A DNA stretch of 64,000 nt from Lama glama (GCA_028534125.1 CM052816.1:88228001-88292000); one strand, 5' to 3'; counted from the first letter of the stretch, positions 13,706 through 27,731 are shown. The notes: generated by a model from the letters alone, not told the origin. A program made the numbers and translations.

Positions 13706-14047
13706 GTCACGTAGGAAGAAAAAGAGAAAAACATTATCTGTTAATACTATCAAAATGTCATCCATTCTATCATATTTTTAAAAATCTATGGCAGCAGTGG
13801 CAAAAAATGGACTAAGTAGCCTCATTTGCATTCACAATGGAAGTCTGAGTTTAGGTGCTAGCATCAGACATGACAATATCAGATTAAAGAAATAAAGTAT
13901 AAGGTAAGGCAGCTAAAATCTGAGAGAGAAGAGCCAGGGATGACCCCCTGTTGCTGCCTTCTCTGACCAGCCTAATACTATGAACGAGATTGGGAGTTGA
14001 GGTCTATGTTGGATGTAGAGTATTAAGACTGTAGTTTTCTGTAGAAG

Positions 14048-14214
14048 AGTGGGTACCAAACTTATGGGTGAATGAGAATCACCTGGAGTGATTTGAAACC
14101 CTCACCCAAATCCACTGATGAAGCTTACAGATGTGATCTCAGTTCATTCAAAAATAAGAATTATAGGTGATGTTGATGCAAATGGCCTGTGGCCACTTTT
14201 TGGGACACAATACT
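14048..14214. mobile_element. MER5-like MITE, degenerate
   Basis: caaactt..gagaatcacctggag..ggtgatgttgatgc..ccactttttggga. Confidence 0.5.
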
Positions 14215-14374
14215 ACGGGAAAAACAGCTTTTAGAGAGAGCCCACGTTACCTGGCTCTCTGTCCTCTCCCAGCAATGAGATCGATCAGACTACTGCTTCC
14301 TTCAACACACCTTCTCCTCTCACTGACTTTCCTGCTTCTCTTTGATAAGGACCCCCGAGTTTATCTTTGCCCAC

Positions 14375-15250
14375 CTAGATAATAAGAGGAAAACAAACCA
14401 AAACAAAATAAAAGATGGGCAAAGATTGTGTGGACATTTTATCAAAGAAAACATACAAATATCTATTCACATAAAAAGATGTTCAACATCATTAGTCAGT
14501 AGGAAAATGCTTATTAAAACCAAAAGAAGACAGCATTGCCATTGAGAAGAAGGGCTATAAATCAAAATACAGTTAATACCAAGTATTGGTAAGTTGTGAA
14601 GAAACCAAAACTCCTATATGTTGCTGATAAAACACAAAATGTATGGTCCCTTTGGAAGATATTTTGACAGTTTCTTAAAAAAGTTAAACATGTGCTTGTA
14701 TATGATCCAGGTATCTACCCTAGCAAAATTAAAACATATGTCCACACAAAGTCTTGTAGCAAACATTCATAGAAAAAAACTGGAAACATCTAAATAGTCA
14801 TCAATGGGTAAATGGATAAACAAAATATAGTATATCAGTACAATGGTATACTACTGAGCAATAAAAAGGAACAGACCACAGATACATGTAGCAACATGGA
14901 TAAATCTCAAAAATATTGTGTGAAGAGAAAAACTCAACCTGAAATGGCTATGTATTATATTATTCCATTTAAATAAAATTTCTAGAAAGAAACAAAAAGT
15001 GTGTGTGCATACATAGCACATATATGTACATGTATTTATAAAAATCAATAGTTATCTGGTTGCCTGGCACTGGAAGTGCGAGCTGGGACAGACTGCCAAC
15101 AGAAACCTCAGAATATTTCAGGGAGACAGATATTCCAAACTTGGTTTGTTATTACAGTTGCACAACAGTATGCATCCAATAAGAGTCACTGAATGAAAGT
15201 TACAACTGATAAACTTTATGGCCTATATCTTTTTAATTTCTCAATAAAGA
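14375..15250 (+). mobile_element. Old L1M 3' end (end of ORF2 plus 3'UTR)
   Basis: aaagatgggcaaaga..aaaagatgttcaacatcattagtc..aatggataaacaaaat..tactactgagcaataaaaagga..caataaa. Confidence 0.85.
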
Positions 15251-16230
15251 GACATGACAACTAATAAAAAAGAAAAAGTCCCACATACACACAAAACAAA
15301 GAACAATCACATACAGGGCAAGATACATTTTTTTTAATCAAATTAGTTACGAATACCTATTAAACATTAAATTTAGAGATATAATTAAAGTTTACTCTTT
15401 CTCCTCTTCCTCCATCTCTGGTTTATGTATTTGTATGAATTTGTCAATTAAATTTGGTATAAGGAGGAGGTATCAAATATATCAAGATATTTTAAGTGAT
15501 TACGTCTTATTTAAAGAGTTTTAAATGATTTTAAGAACAGATAATGAAATAAAAATCCATGGATACTCATTAGAAGGACCCAAAGGTTGTATACGCTAAA
15601 AAACAGTCCAAATAGGTCCCCCCGCTTCCTTCTAAGAGAAGCTTTTTTTCAGGAAACACATTAAGAAGCTTAAGTTTCTAATCCTTCAAAACTGACTGGG
15701 TGCTTGAAATCTGAAAATGCCACAAACCAGTAAATTGAAACGAGCCCTGTATAGCATAAAACCCATGGAAAGGAGCCACAATTAAGAAAGTAAAAGATTT
15801 AGAAGCAAGGCTTAAGCCTTTTAACAAGTGCTATCAGGTTACAAAACTGGCAGACAATGTGAAGAGCAGAGCAAAAAGAAAAATGTCTTTAAGCTCTTGG
15901 GTTTCTTCACTTTTCTATTGTAAAAATACGTATTAGAATTAATCATTTTTAATATAGACATACAATGCAGCTTAGTAAAAATAGTTTGTTTTACTTCTTC
16001 TTAAATACCTTGTTTATTTGCCAAAACCTGTGCTTTGATTTACCTTAGAACCTCATGCCTGGGATTAAATTCAGATTCAGCGAAATGGACTCATCCCAAG
16101 CAAAAAAAAAACCAAAAAACAAAAAAAACAATAAGCCTCAATTTTCTAATCTTCTAAAGGGCCTAACAGCAATGACTTTGGCATGGTCTTTATTTAATTG
16201 TCTCCCAAAGAGTAAATGCTTAGGGTAGAA

Positions 16231-16812
16231 TGTTCAGGCAGACTTTTAAAGATGAGCCCCACCTCCCAAGATTGTTGTTTATTGAGTAAAACGTGAAACT
16301 AAGAGCTGCTATAAGATGATTTTACAGGTGTAAGTAAAGACTCAAGAGAGTTGACCTATAAATACCGAGATTATCCAAGTGGTCCTGGCTCAATTAGGTA
16401 AACTCTTTAAAAAACAGAATTTGCTCTAGCTGATGGTAAAACAGAACGTCAGAGACGCGAAGTACAGAAGGGATTTAGTGCACTGTCACTGCCTGGAAGA
16501 TGGAGGGGGCCACAGGACAAGGGATCAGGTAGACTCTGGAGGGAAAAGTGGTTCTCAACCCACAGCCATCAGGGAAGTGGGGATCTCAGTCCTGAAATCA
16601 CAGCTTAGCCAAACTGCAAACTTGGCTAACAGCCTGAATTCGTTTGGAAGTGGATTTTTCTCCCCAAATCCTGTTTGCTTGACACTAAACCAAAGACCCA
16701 GTGGTGCCCATCCAGACTTCTGAACTATACAGAACTTTGATATAGTAAATGGATATTGTTTTAAACCACCAAATTTTTGATGATTTGTTATATAGAAAAA
16801 GAAAACAAATAC
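16231..16812 (+). mobile_element. MaLR solo LTR (MLT1E-like)
   Basis: gagattatccaagtgg..gaagatggagggggccac..ggatctcagtcct..ccagacttctgaactatacagaac..ttgttttaaaccacc..aaaacaaataca. Confidence 0.8.
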
Positions 16813-17074
16813 AATATTTAACAAAATGTAGTTCCTGTCTTCCCTTTCATATAACCTAATAGAAACAAAGCTCATTAACTTTTTTTAAAAAAATAGCAGT
16901 CTACTGTGTGTGATGACTGCATACTGATAATAAGGTCCATCATGAAATTATTTAATAAAGCACTTTAAAATACTAAATAAATCTCTTTTAATCCCTTATA
17001 ACTGCTGTATGAAAAATATTCACAAGTTTTCAATATCTTATTGCAGAGATGAAGTTATTCTTAGAATCAGAGAA

Positions 17075-17285
17075 CAGTTGGCCCTTGAACAACATGGTTT
17101 GAACTACACATGTCTATTCATACACAGACTTTTTTCCATAATAAATACTATAGTGCTACACTGTGGCTGGTTGAATCCCAGGGTGGGGAAGTGTGTATGT
17201 GGAGGACAACTTAAGTTATACACAGATTTTCCACTGCAAGGGGAAGTCAGCCCCCATGACCCTCGATATTGTTCAAGGTCAACTG
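17075..17285. mobile_element. Tigger2-derived MITE (TcMar-Tigger)
   Basis: Terminal inverted repeats cagttggcccttgaacaa / ttgttcaaggtcaactg, followed by TA. Confidence 0.85.
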
Positions 17286-19479
17286 TAGTTTAAATTATGA
17301 ATTTCTTCTGGATCTTTATTTAGCTCTTTTCCCACTGGATGATGCAACCTTCACATTTTAGTAAATACAGTAAATTTCAGAGTGGAAGTGTATATTCATA
17401 AGCTACATACTTAGAATCATGGTGATGCAAAAATCATAATTTACCTGGCAAGTTTTTTGAGCAGTTAGAACTAACTGCTGGTTAGATAATTTGCTAGTCT
17501 TATTTCAGGGGCATTGTAGAGCTACATCAGGCCAGAATATGTCTCTAATCCATACCTATTGATTCGTTCTTCCTCTTTGACACACTGTCCAAGTAGGAGT
17601 CAAAGAGAATTCATGGGTTTATGCAAAGATCTATCTAGGTGGTAAAGAATTTAATAACCCAGTGAACACTTGTAGTTTTTCCATCAGCACAAATGTATAT
17701 CTGAAATAAATGCAGCAATGTAGGTCCAGGCATAATTAATGCTCACCTTCTTACAAAGTGATTTTTACTGCCAATCCCCAGAGCCTGGACTGCCATTTCC
17801 TTGGATGTCCTTTTCTTGGCCCCATCATTGAAGCCACTATCTATGGTCACTGTTATCAAGTATCACCCCAACTCTTGCTGGAGGTTTTGAGTTACTGAAA
17901 CAGAGGTTTGACAAATTTGAGGTGGTTGATGATAAAGTAACCACATTAGGAGGTAGAAGCCAATGGCTACGGCTCATTTCAAAGACAAGGAAGGAAGGTG
18001 AGCTAGAGACAGCAGCTATCTTGGGATTTGCAAAAGGGTAATTACCTTTGTTTTAAATTAAAGAAACATTTACTGCAACCTCTTCTGCTTAATCAAATGC
18101 ATTAATTTATTACTAAATGTTTTTTTCTTGATTAAAAATATTTGCCTTATTTGGCTAGTTATCATAGAAGTGCTATGTTTATTACATTGTAAAAGGCTTG
18201 CTTAATGGAAATAATTGAAATAATAGCAAAACCTTCTTTTGGAAAGCTTAATGTAATTGTTTTGCAAAAATGAGAAATTATAAACATAGCTTAATTGGTT
18301 TTAGTGAAGAGTGTTTCAGGAAAGGTGAATAAAAGGAAGTGACTGAAGTTCAAGATCTATTTAAAGAAGTATGAGAACATGAGGGTAGAAAGATCATTTT
18401 ATTTGGATTTTATTCAGTGGCCTAGGGGAGAAAGTAGAGTCTTGATCAGGTCAGTGGAACGTTTCCAGTAAGGATGGGAAAGGACAGCTACTGAGCATCT
18501 TGTGTTCTGAGGGATAAAGTTCACACAGTAATAAGTGGAAGGTCTGGCACGTGAGCGAAGAACATGTTGACCCCAAAGCCTGCCTTCCATCTATTATACT
18601 GCACTGCAGACCAGTGTGGAAGGAATAGGAGAGAACCGATGTTTAGAGTCCTAGAGATATCCAAGTAAACGAAAAGATCTCTTTCAGAAAATGAGGCCAG
18701 GGAAGAGAGAGAATAAATGGTTTTGAGTTTTAAATATTTGTACAAGGAAAATAATGATGAAATGATATAGAAGTGGGGATAATGCCATGATACACGGCTA
18801 GTCATTCTATTTCTGGTGTGTACTGGAGGTGGGTAAGGATGGGAGGTTATGGGGCATAGAGGAAACTGGCAGTAAACCTCCTGGAGACACAGACTGGGAA
18901 GGTATTAAAAGTAGAAGTTTGGCATTAAGACAGAATTAGTCCTAGGACAAGTGTGTGCATTAAGATGCAATAAACCAAGACACATTGTTTTCAGTGACAA
19001 AGTTGAAAAGAACAATAAGAAAAACGCTATTTTATTTGTAGCTTAGAAAGTCACTGTTGGCACTTAGACATGGAATCAGGTGTCAACAGAGGATCACTCA
19101 AAAGAAATGAAGAACTAGCTGAGTTTTGATAAAACAAATTGCTAAAACTATACATTTTTCTGAACATACTTCAGCGATTTCATGAAATGTTAGACTAGGG
19201 ATAGAGGAAGTCTGTGATGCCTGACACATTAGACTGGCTTGATAATCATTTAATAACTTGGCTTTCATACAATTGAAATGCCAATAGGAACAAAGTTTTC
19301 ACAGTAGTTCTGTAACACTCCCTGTTTACTAGTTAGATGATCCTAACTAGTTATCCTTATAAAAATGTTTATGGTACTTACTATTAGAAAACACTGGAAG
19401 CTCCTATCTATAAGATACTTTTAGCGTGATGTATCTAGTTTATGTATATTGTTTAATGTAAACTTAGAAGTTATGGATT

Positions 19480-19800
19480 TGTGACGCATGGCTGGCTGCA
19501 GACTAGAACGTAGTAATATGAGCCTATTCCTATTTAACTGAGCATACAAAAAAGTTTTGACATCAAAACAGCTTTTTTCTGTGGCCAATTGCTCAAAAAC
19601 TTCTGTTAAGAGGAAACTGCAACCTCTTTCAGCGGGGAATAAAAAAAAAAGAGAGAGAGAAGTTGCATCAAACATTTTCAATTCCTCCAGAGCAGGGAAG
19701 TTCCCTGTGTTTGCTACTTGTGTGTTTCATTTGAATTAGTGGTTCGGTGGGAGAATGACTGTGAATCTCATTTGACAGTTAACCTTTCTTTCAACACAGG
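19480..19800. promoter_or_regulatory. Candidate enhancer (motif cluster in non-repetitive DNA)
   Basis: NF-kB-type GGGAAGTTCC inside palindrome 19693-19707, TTGCATCA 19663-19670, TGACGCA 19482-19488, TGTTTGC 19708-19714; no functional evidence. Confidence 0.25.
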
Positions 19801-20069
19801 TGGTTATCTGAAAATCTTCAAAAAATTACTATTTATTTTTTTTCCACTGAGAATAAAGGCAACATTCGGCGTTATTTTATTACTGCTGTCCAAATTATAC
19901 ACACAGAGAAAAGTGAAGTGGCCTTTATTTTTCTACCATCGCCTATCTATTGAAGTATCCTTACACTGGGATTTCCTATTTAAATGTTCATGTAATATTT
20001 ATATTTGGCTCAATTATTTTAGAATTGGTCTGTATATACCTTAATTCAATAAACATTATCCAAGATAAA

Positions 20070-20205
20070 ACTGAGCTTTACTGAGTATCAAATATGACCT
20101 TGGCATTTTATACACATCGGCTGGAATAAACCTCGAAACACTCTATGAAAGGAATGTTTGATTCATTTTACCCGTGAGGCTAATGAGACATAGAAAAGTT
20201 AAGAC
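20070..20205 (-). mobile_element. MIR SINE fragment
   Basis: tttactgagt..cattttacccgtgaggctaatgagacatagaaaagttaag. Confidence 0.5.
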
Positions 20206-21491
20206 AAAAATAATTTGTTAATTTCAGCAAATCTGAAACCCTTTTTTCCCCCTGGGGTTCTATCTCCCCTCATATTTTTCAACTGTTTGAAAATACAGCA
20301 TATTAAGTAATAACATGCCCATGTTTCGCCCATGATCTTTGCTTCATTTCACTTCAACTCTTTGTTCAGAGCATGGTTATGTTTTTATCTTCTCTTCTTT
20401 CCGATTCTGTCAAATAGGTCTTTTTTGTATTCTACTCTTGTCCCATCCACCAGTATCTTTAGAAACGTGTTGATTTTATCAAATAATAATTTAATGTGTC
20501 TCCAAGGGCCAAAAAAAAGAAAAAGCCACTTTTAGGGAAACATGTGCTGACTTAAGATGAAAGGTTACGTAAATAACAACTACTTTTCCCCAATTAGTTA
20601 TTTTATACATCAAGATAGCTCAATTCTGTCATTGCAATAAACATCTCACAGACCACAAATCTGAAGGATTTGGTAGGTTAGGCTGTGGCTTTTTTCCTGT
20701 CTCCTCACTCCAGGATCCAGGTAGCATTAGTTTTTGATTTTTTTTTTTCTATTGGATCATGGTTCTCTATTACCTCATTCATTTAATGATTTATCCATAG
20801 AATGCCATATATTAAGTGTTTTATGGTGTTGTCCACTCATTACCAGGTGCTTTGCTATGTATTCATAGTAAACAGTGTATTCATTTGTGTGATATTTTCT
20901 CTAATATGTTCTAATGAATATAGAACCTTATTTTAGAAGTATACATATATTGCTTTGGTTAAAAAAATTAACAAGAAAAGCAAAGTAGACTTATGTCCTA
21001 GTGGTAATTTATATATTATACACATATACATATGCGATATGTGTACAAGGTATATATCTTCGTATCTTATGTATAAATTACATATATGTATAGTATACAC
21101 ACAAAGACATGCATTATAGACATAGATAATATATATAGATGTTTATAATTCAGAAGACATAGAAGACAGAGAACAATATAATAATGGGCATATAGGAACT
21201 TGATATTTTCAAAGAGAACCTAAAATATATGATTCTAATGAAATACGATTTTTCAGCTGTTAGATGATTCACCTGAATTTGCTCACTAATAATTCCAGAT
21301 ATCTCACTTTGGAACCAGAAATTTCATCAAATAAACTACAGAAGAGTTTTGCTACTCCTTGATCTACAAAGCAGAGATGAGCAAAAGTCACATCAGGAAA
21401 ATCAATGCTCAAAGGCTGTACGGAAAAAGTGCCTAAGTATTAAGCCTATGCATAAACCTATCTTGGATTAGTATGTGAATCTCATTGTTAA

Positions 21492-21873
21492 TGTTATGAG
21501 CTGAATTGTGCTCTCCAAAAATTAACATGTTAAAACTCTAACCCCTAGTACCATGGAATGTGACTGTATTTGGAGACTGGATCCTTCAGGAGATAATTAG
21601 GTTAAAACAAGTTTATTAGGGTGGACTCCAATCGTTTTGATTAGTGTCCTTTTCCTCAAGAAGAGGAAATTAGAACACAGAGGGGTGCAGAGGGTAGGCC
21701 ATGTGAAGACACAGGGAGATTAGGGCCATCTACAAGCCACGGAGCGAGGTCTAGGAAGAAACCAGTCTTATTGACGCCTTGATCTTGGACTTTCCACTTC
21801 CAAAATTATGGGGAAATAAATTTCTGTTTTTAAGCCACCTAGTCTGTTATAGAAGCCCTAGAAAACTAATGTA
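21492..21873 (+). mobile_element. MaLR solo LTR (MLT1B-like) with intact 5-bp TSD
   Basis: tgttatgagctgaattgtg..gaatgtgactgtatttggaga..ccttgatcttggactt..aataaatttctg; flanked by GTTAA at 21487-21491 and 21874-21878. Confidence 0.9.
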
Positions 21874-24854
21874 GTTAATATTTGAGCATTTTGTCCTTTT
21901 ACAATGTGACTATTCCTTACAATATTAATTTTTCCTCTTTATTGTCATAAAAAAATTTGTCAAATTAACAGTCTATAAGTTACAAAGTTACCTTTATAGA
22001 TATATTGCTTGATTAATTCATATAATAAAAAGTAGATAAAATGCTATATATTTAAAAGAAAATATTTTATGTGATACTGTAAGAAATACTAGCCTGAGGA
22101 AAAAAAGTCTTCCAATTTTATTTAATCTCTGAGTACTGTGCTATAATTAAATATATACCTTATTAAATGACAGATTAGAATTTTAAAAGTTGACTCCAAT
22201 GTGAAAAGGAGAAATAGCTAATGGTTTGAAAGACATTGGTAGTAATTGCTCTACAACTCAAAGATCCAGAATAAAACTGTAATGTAGTTTGATAAACTAC
22301 AATACTTTCAAGTAGCTTCATGCAATTTAACTGACTTTGAAAAACAGGACAGTCTAACAGGAAATATTCCTTAATTCCTTAATAAAATCAACAATGACAT
22401 AATCTTAGAAAATGCTCATAAAACTTCTATCCAATTAATTCAATTGGCTTAACAGTTTAGCTTTAATTGATATGTGTATGTGTTTATTATAGATACGCAT
22501 GTATGTCTGCATGTATATATGTAAGTGTGTTTGTACTTCTACATGCATACATGAGTATGTGTGTACCAAGTGATGGCTAATAAAGACAATGAATAGATCA
22601 AGGTGTGATTCAGGTCTACAAGACATTATTGAAAAAGAAACATTTGTCTGTGAAATAATCTGGAAAGCGTTCATCATTTATCTACTAGGAATATTACATT
22701 ACTGTGGAGAATATCTCTTGTCTCTCCAAAGTTATTAAAAGTTATATGCATTTCAGTAACTTTTCTGGGAATGCAATTAAAGCCTAGTAATCAAAATGAA
22801 GACATTTAACCTCTTTCAAAATTGATTTTAAAAACTTTAACTATGACTAAAATTACATCAAATTGATGTCACATCAGACAGCACTGTAAGGAAGTAGTGC
22901 AAATGTGCGTTGCCAATTGTTCCCTTGGAAATACACGCAGTTCATACATTGAATGATAAAGTGGGTAATTCGAATCCTATCTGAAAGTCCGAATGAAATA
23001 ATACGCCTAACTCCATTTGAAATATATTGTAACTAAGTCTTTGAAATATATTGTAAATGATAATTCTGCCTTTTTAGTCACTGCTGGGCTTTTTTGTGGC
23101 ATGTGAAAAAGAGAAATGCACAATTAGCCTTGAAGCCAGACACGAGGCTTATGAAGTAGTGAGTTTACCAGGGGCTCTCAAAAAGCAGCTTTCTAGGGTA
23201 GCCACATGAATCTTGGATTGGCAGACTAGAAATGAATTATGTCTACAGATCTTATTCCCTTAAAACAATGGGATCTGATTTCCTCCTTTTACTTGGCAGC
23301 ATATAGGTTAACTGGAGAGAAGAGGTCACATAAGTATTTTCCACTTTTGGTGAAAATTCCTTTCCTTCTGAGTGTAGTAAGCACTATAATACGCAATCTT
23401 GTCCTTTGACTAGAGAGATTTAAAACACAAATGATCTGATTCTGTCAACAAAAGTGCATTTCTTTGCACTTTTTCTTTTCCTGTTTTAGGTACTGAGAGA
23501 GAGAGAGAGGTGCCGAAACACGCAGAGGAATATTTCAGTACCAAACACTGAAAGAGGAGATGTGTTATTCTTTAAACTGAAATATCCCTAACTAGTGCAT
23601 GAGAAGAGTTATAAGAACGTTTTGGCAAGCTTTCTTGAATCTCCAAAGCCTTCAGGATGCATTTTGATTACTTATTGGGTTTCAGAGTAAGCTGAAGAAA
23701 TTCTAATCAAAGCTTTTTCTTATCATTGGACTTGGAATAAGCGGCTAGCACTAAGGAATTACTATGAAAATTTCCAAACTATTGCTGGTAGGGTATATTC
23801 TGTTTAATTTCAAAATGTTTTCTCCACCTATGTTTTGCTAGTTCCTCTGATCCTCTATTGCAGTGATGTTTTATTATTTAAAAAGCAGAGAACCCTTCAG
23901 TATCTTTCTCTCAGTTGTCAGGCACTCAGAATGAAGCACATCTTAAGGCCAAGATATTTATTGTCATATATACGCCTCATTGAAGGAAAAGCACATTAGA
24001 GAGAAAAATACCAATAATAATGATAAATTTTGAGTTATCAAACCATTTTAAAAATGTTTCCCATAATTCCAAAAGGATTTGTGGTGGACTACAAAAATAC
24101 ATGGAGTACAAAAATACATAGAGATTGGCAGGGTAGAAACAACAGGGTGCTATCAAACCAGCAAGAGCCCAAGCATAGAAATGTGTGCAATAAATTTGTA
24201 CAGTTTAAAAATCTGACCAGCAAAATGAGCTTGTAGCTTTCTGGCAGCCAAAGCACAAAGAGAATTATGCTCAGTTATGACTTTCAAAACTTGTAACTGG
24301 TATGTTAGTTATACGAACAAGTTTCGAAATTCATAACTTGTTTAGAAAATTAATATCCCAGTTCACGAAGAAGTTCAAATGACGGAAATGGTGCAATTCT
24401 GGCTTAAGTGAGGTGGAGGTGCCAGCAGAAGGAAAAACAACACCATTACCCAGAGAAAAACAAGACCGTATAGAACGCACGAGGTTTCTGTGGAAACCTA
24501 TAAATAACTGAAATTACTTTCCCCTCTAACTGAGTCCGTTTGCTCCAGGGAAAACTGCTCTTCTTGACAGTCTTCAGCAAATCAGTTTGCCAAAGGAGAG
24601 GAAAATAAAACAGCACATTCTTACACATTTCTCTTTTCCTTGGAGTTTCTCCATTTTTGTTTTAATTTATAAAACTTCCCTTTGTTGACAATCATTCTAC
24701 ACGTGATTCATTTTTCTGATATACAAATAATTTCAGTTGTATAAGTAAATAATTAAATTTTACAGGGTTCTTTTCCCTAATTAAAAAAAAAGTGTTATCT
24801 TTACTGACATCTGAGGAAGTTAATCCATGATACTTCCTTAAGACATTTAATAGT

Positions 24855-25020
24855 GGGGAGGGTATAGCTTAGTGTGTGCTTAGCATGCTTGAGGTCATGG
24901 GTTTAATCTCTAGCACATCCACTAAAATAAATAAGTACATAAATACATAAAACTGATAATTAATTAATTAATTAATAGACCTAATTACCTTCTCAAAGCA
25001 AACTCAAAATTAAAAAAAAT
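24855..25020 (+). mobile_element. tRNA-derived SINE resembling camelid Vic-1
   Basis: ggggagggtatagcttagtg..tgcttagcatgcttgaggtcatgggtttaatc (A and B boxes), AT-rich tail with acctaattacct, then an A-run. Confidence 0.8.
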
Positions 25021-25467
25021 TAAAATTCTTTGTAACTTTATATGACATGTTCAACAAATTCTTGTTATAAACACAATAAAGCTTTCTATGTACAACTATA
25101 ATATTGTTAAAATAGTTCAATTGCACAATTACAAAATGTATTTTGAGACAGCAATTTTATGGAGGAAAATGTCTGTGTCCTGCTATGTGATGATCAGCAT
25201 GATTTAACAGAAGATTTAGAATATCTCTCTTAATAGTTCTGAAGTTGTAGTGTAAGCTAGATTCATTTGTACAGTTTTTAAAGTGCAGATTCTTCTACAA
25301 ATTCTAATTATAGTTCTGTTCATTGGCTTTAATTTATCATCTAAAATTTTTAATAACTAACAGGATAATTCTGATGTCTTTTGGCTCAGGGTAGCACATT
25401 GGAAAACACTGATTGGGTCTTTAAAGAAGTGGGTTATAAATCTCTAAGAAAATATTTTATGGATTTT

Positions 25468-25942
25468 CATACACAAATCTGCACATGAATGATCATAGCA
25501 GCTCCATTCATAATAGTCTCAAACTGGAAAGGAACCAAATGTCTATCAATCGGTGAACAGATAAATAAAATATTGTCTAGCCAGACAATGGAATGCTATT
25601 CAGCAATAAAAAGGAATAAACTACTGTATCTATGCAGCAACATAAATACATTTCAAAATAATTATGCTCAGTCAAAGAAACTAATATGTGATTTTATGTG
25701 CATAAAATGCTGTGGAATATAAATATATCCATAGTGAAGAAAGTAGATCAAGGTTTCCTGGAGCAAAAGGACTGGATGAGATGAGCTGCAAAGAGACCCA
25801 AGTAAATTTTCTGGGTTGGTTTTGTTCTGCTTCGTGGCTGTAGTAGTGATGTCAAGGGTGCACACAAATGCCAAAATGCATTAAACTGTACACTTTAAAT
25901 AGGTCAAGTTTATTGTACATAAATGATTTACCAATAAAGTTG
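25468..25942 (+). mobile_element. Old L1M 3' end
   Basis: ORF 25489-25722 MIIAAPFIIVSNWKGTKCLSIGEQINK..TMECYSAIKRN is a decayed ORF2p C-terminus; ends caataaagttg. Confidence 0.85.
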
Positions 25943-26720
25943 CTATTTCAGTACAGAAGTAGATACTTTCCTTCCTTTGAAGACTTATTCTTATCCTGGA
26001 ATGACAAAAGTTTTCCAAAATAAACTAGGCCATAATAGTTTAAAAGGATAGCAAATAAACAACCAAGTCTTGGAATACTACATTATACGAAATACAGTTT
26101 TTCTTAATTTGAAAATGAAATATTTTCAAATAAGTTATTATCAATTGTCTGGCTGTAGGATACAAAATTCATTACTACCTTTAGATTGCTTTTATACCCT
26201 TGACACATCACTTTTATAAAACCCAAAAGTGAAAATGGGAAGAAAAAAAACATGATCTGTTGGTTCAAAAATTAACAAATTCAAATCTTCAATAAACACA
26301 CATCAATCTCACTACAAATTTCTGTTTTTAAATGCAAAAATAAAGTACCTATTGTTAATTGTTCCTGTTAAAAGAATAGCAAGCCTGATATTATCTGGTT
26401 TTAGAAACTATCCTGGAATGAAACCCTCACACATTGCAGGAAGTATAAAACCTGCACATTTTCTAGAGGGTGTATTTTCCATATGTACCAACATTTCTAA
26501 AATTATGCATGCTTTTTGACACCAGAATCCAAATGAAAAGAGTTTATATTGAAAATTATTTAAAAAGTGAGACTGGATATTTATATATTTAAAAATCTTT
26601 TAAACCCTCAGATATATATGCATTGGATGTATTAATAATAGAATATTACCATTAAAATGAGGCATCATCATAGACATGTAAACAAAAAATGTATTTTGTG
26701 AATAGAAAAAACTCTGAACA

Positions 26721-26967
26721 TAATAATGATGATAATGATGGCTAACATTTGCTGAGCACTGACTTTACCTCGAACACTTTTGTAAGTACTTATCATGTAG
26801 TAAATCATACACTGCTCTTTCCCACTGACCCTCAGACGGGAGGATAAGCCTTTTCATAGAGGAGAAACTGAGGCACAGAAAGATAACGTCTCTGACACAT
26901 AGCAAAGAACTGTGGCTGGTATTCTAACTCAAGCAGTCAGGCTCTGAAAGCCAAGGTCTGAATCACT
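26721..26967 (-). mobile_element. MIR SINE
   Basis: gctaacatttgctgagcact..atagaggagaaactgaggcacaga (MIR core)..aagcagtcaggctctgaaagcc. Confidence 0.8.
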
Positions 26968-27731
26968 CCCGCAGTAACCCTCTAGATAGATTGAGGATGC
27001 AGCAGATGATTCCATTTGTATTTTCCAGAGAACCAACAAACACAATAGATGTCACTTATGTCCAGGGAACAATCTGTCATAAAAGCAAAAATGGCCATTA
27101 TGCAGTGGTTACACATCCATCCGAAAAGGTTTTCTATCTCCAGTGCAAAAAGAAACTTCTTTATACTCACTAATAATTAAGGCTCTGAAGTCAACCGATG
27201 AGATAGATTTTACAGAGAGGCAACTTTTAGTTCCCATCTATCTGCATCATGTGATTTACTTGGATTTTTGCAATATTTATTTTGTCTCTGGCTGAAAGGA
27301 AAATTTCGTCTTGTCTCCTGGTTGTCTAGGAGCAGTATTTGATTGCTCGCTGAACTTCTGACAGATATTTTCCTTCACCAAAGAAGAAAAAAAAAATGTA
27401 TGTTCGAAGCAATTGTTTTACAGTTCAATCAGCTGAGATTTGAGAGAATTCTGAGCTACGTTTAAAGAATTGTTTAGTCTATCTAATACAAAGGACTTTC
27501 CCCTCTCTTGACCACAAAAGCACTCTGTAACTAGACACATGCGTTTATAGGAATCGATATGGAACTAAAATTTCTTTTACTTTGGGGAGATGTTTGAGTT
27601 TTTGTTTTTCCTCAATTTTGTAAGTTTGTGCATTTACATAATTTTGAGTAACTTTGTAATGTATTGTTGAGATATAACTGAACAAAATCCTAGGTAGAAA
27701 ATTCAATTTACGTCATAAGATCGTGAAACAG

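Noticed and set aside
23450..23545. Strong acceptor-like site before (GA)n, with short 8-9 bp inverted repeats
   Set aside because: No convincing donor or recognisable peptide; short stems of this kind are expected by chance
24855..24925. tRNA-like A and B boxes
   Set aside because: SINE head, not a tRNA gene: no complete cloverleaf, and followed by an AT-rich tail
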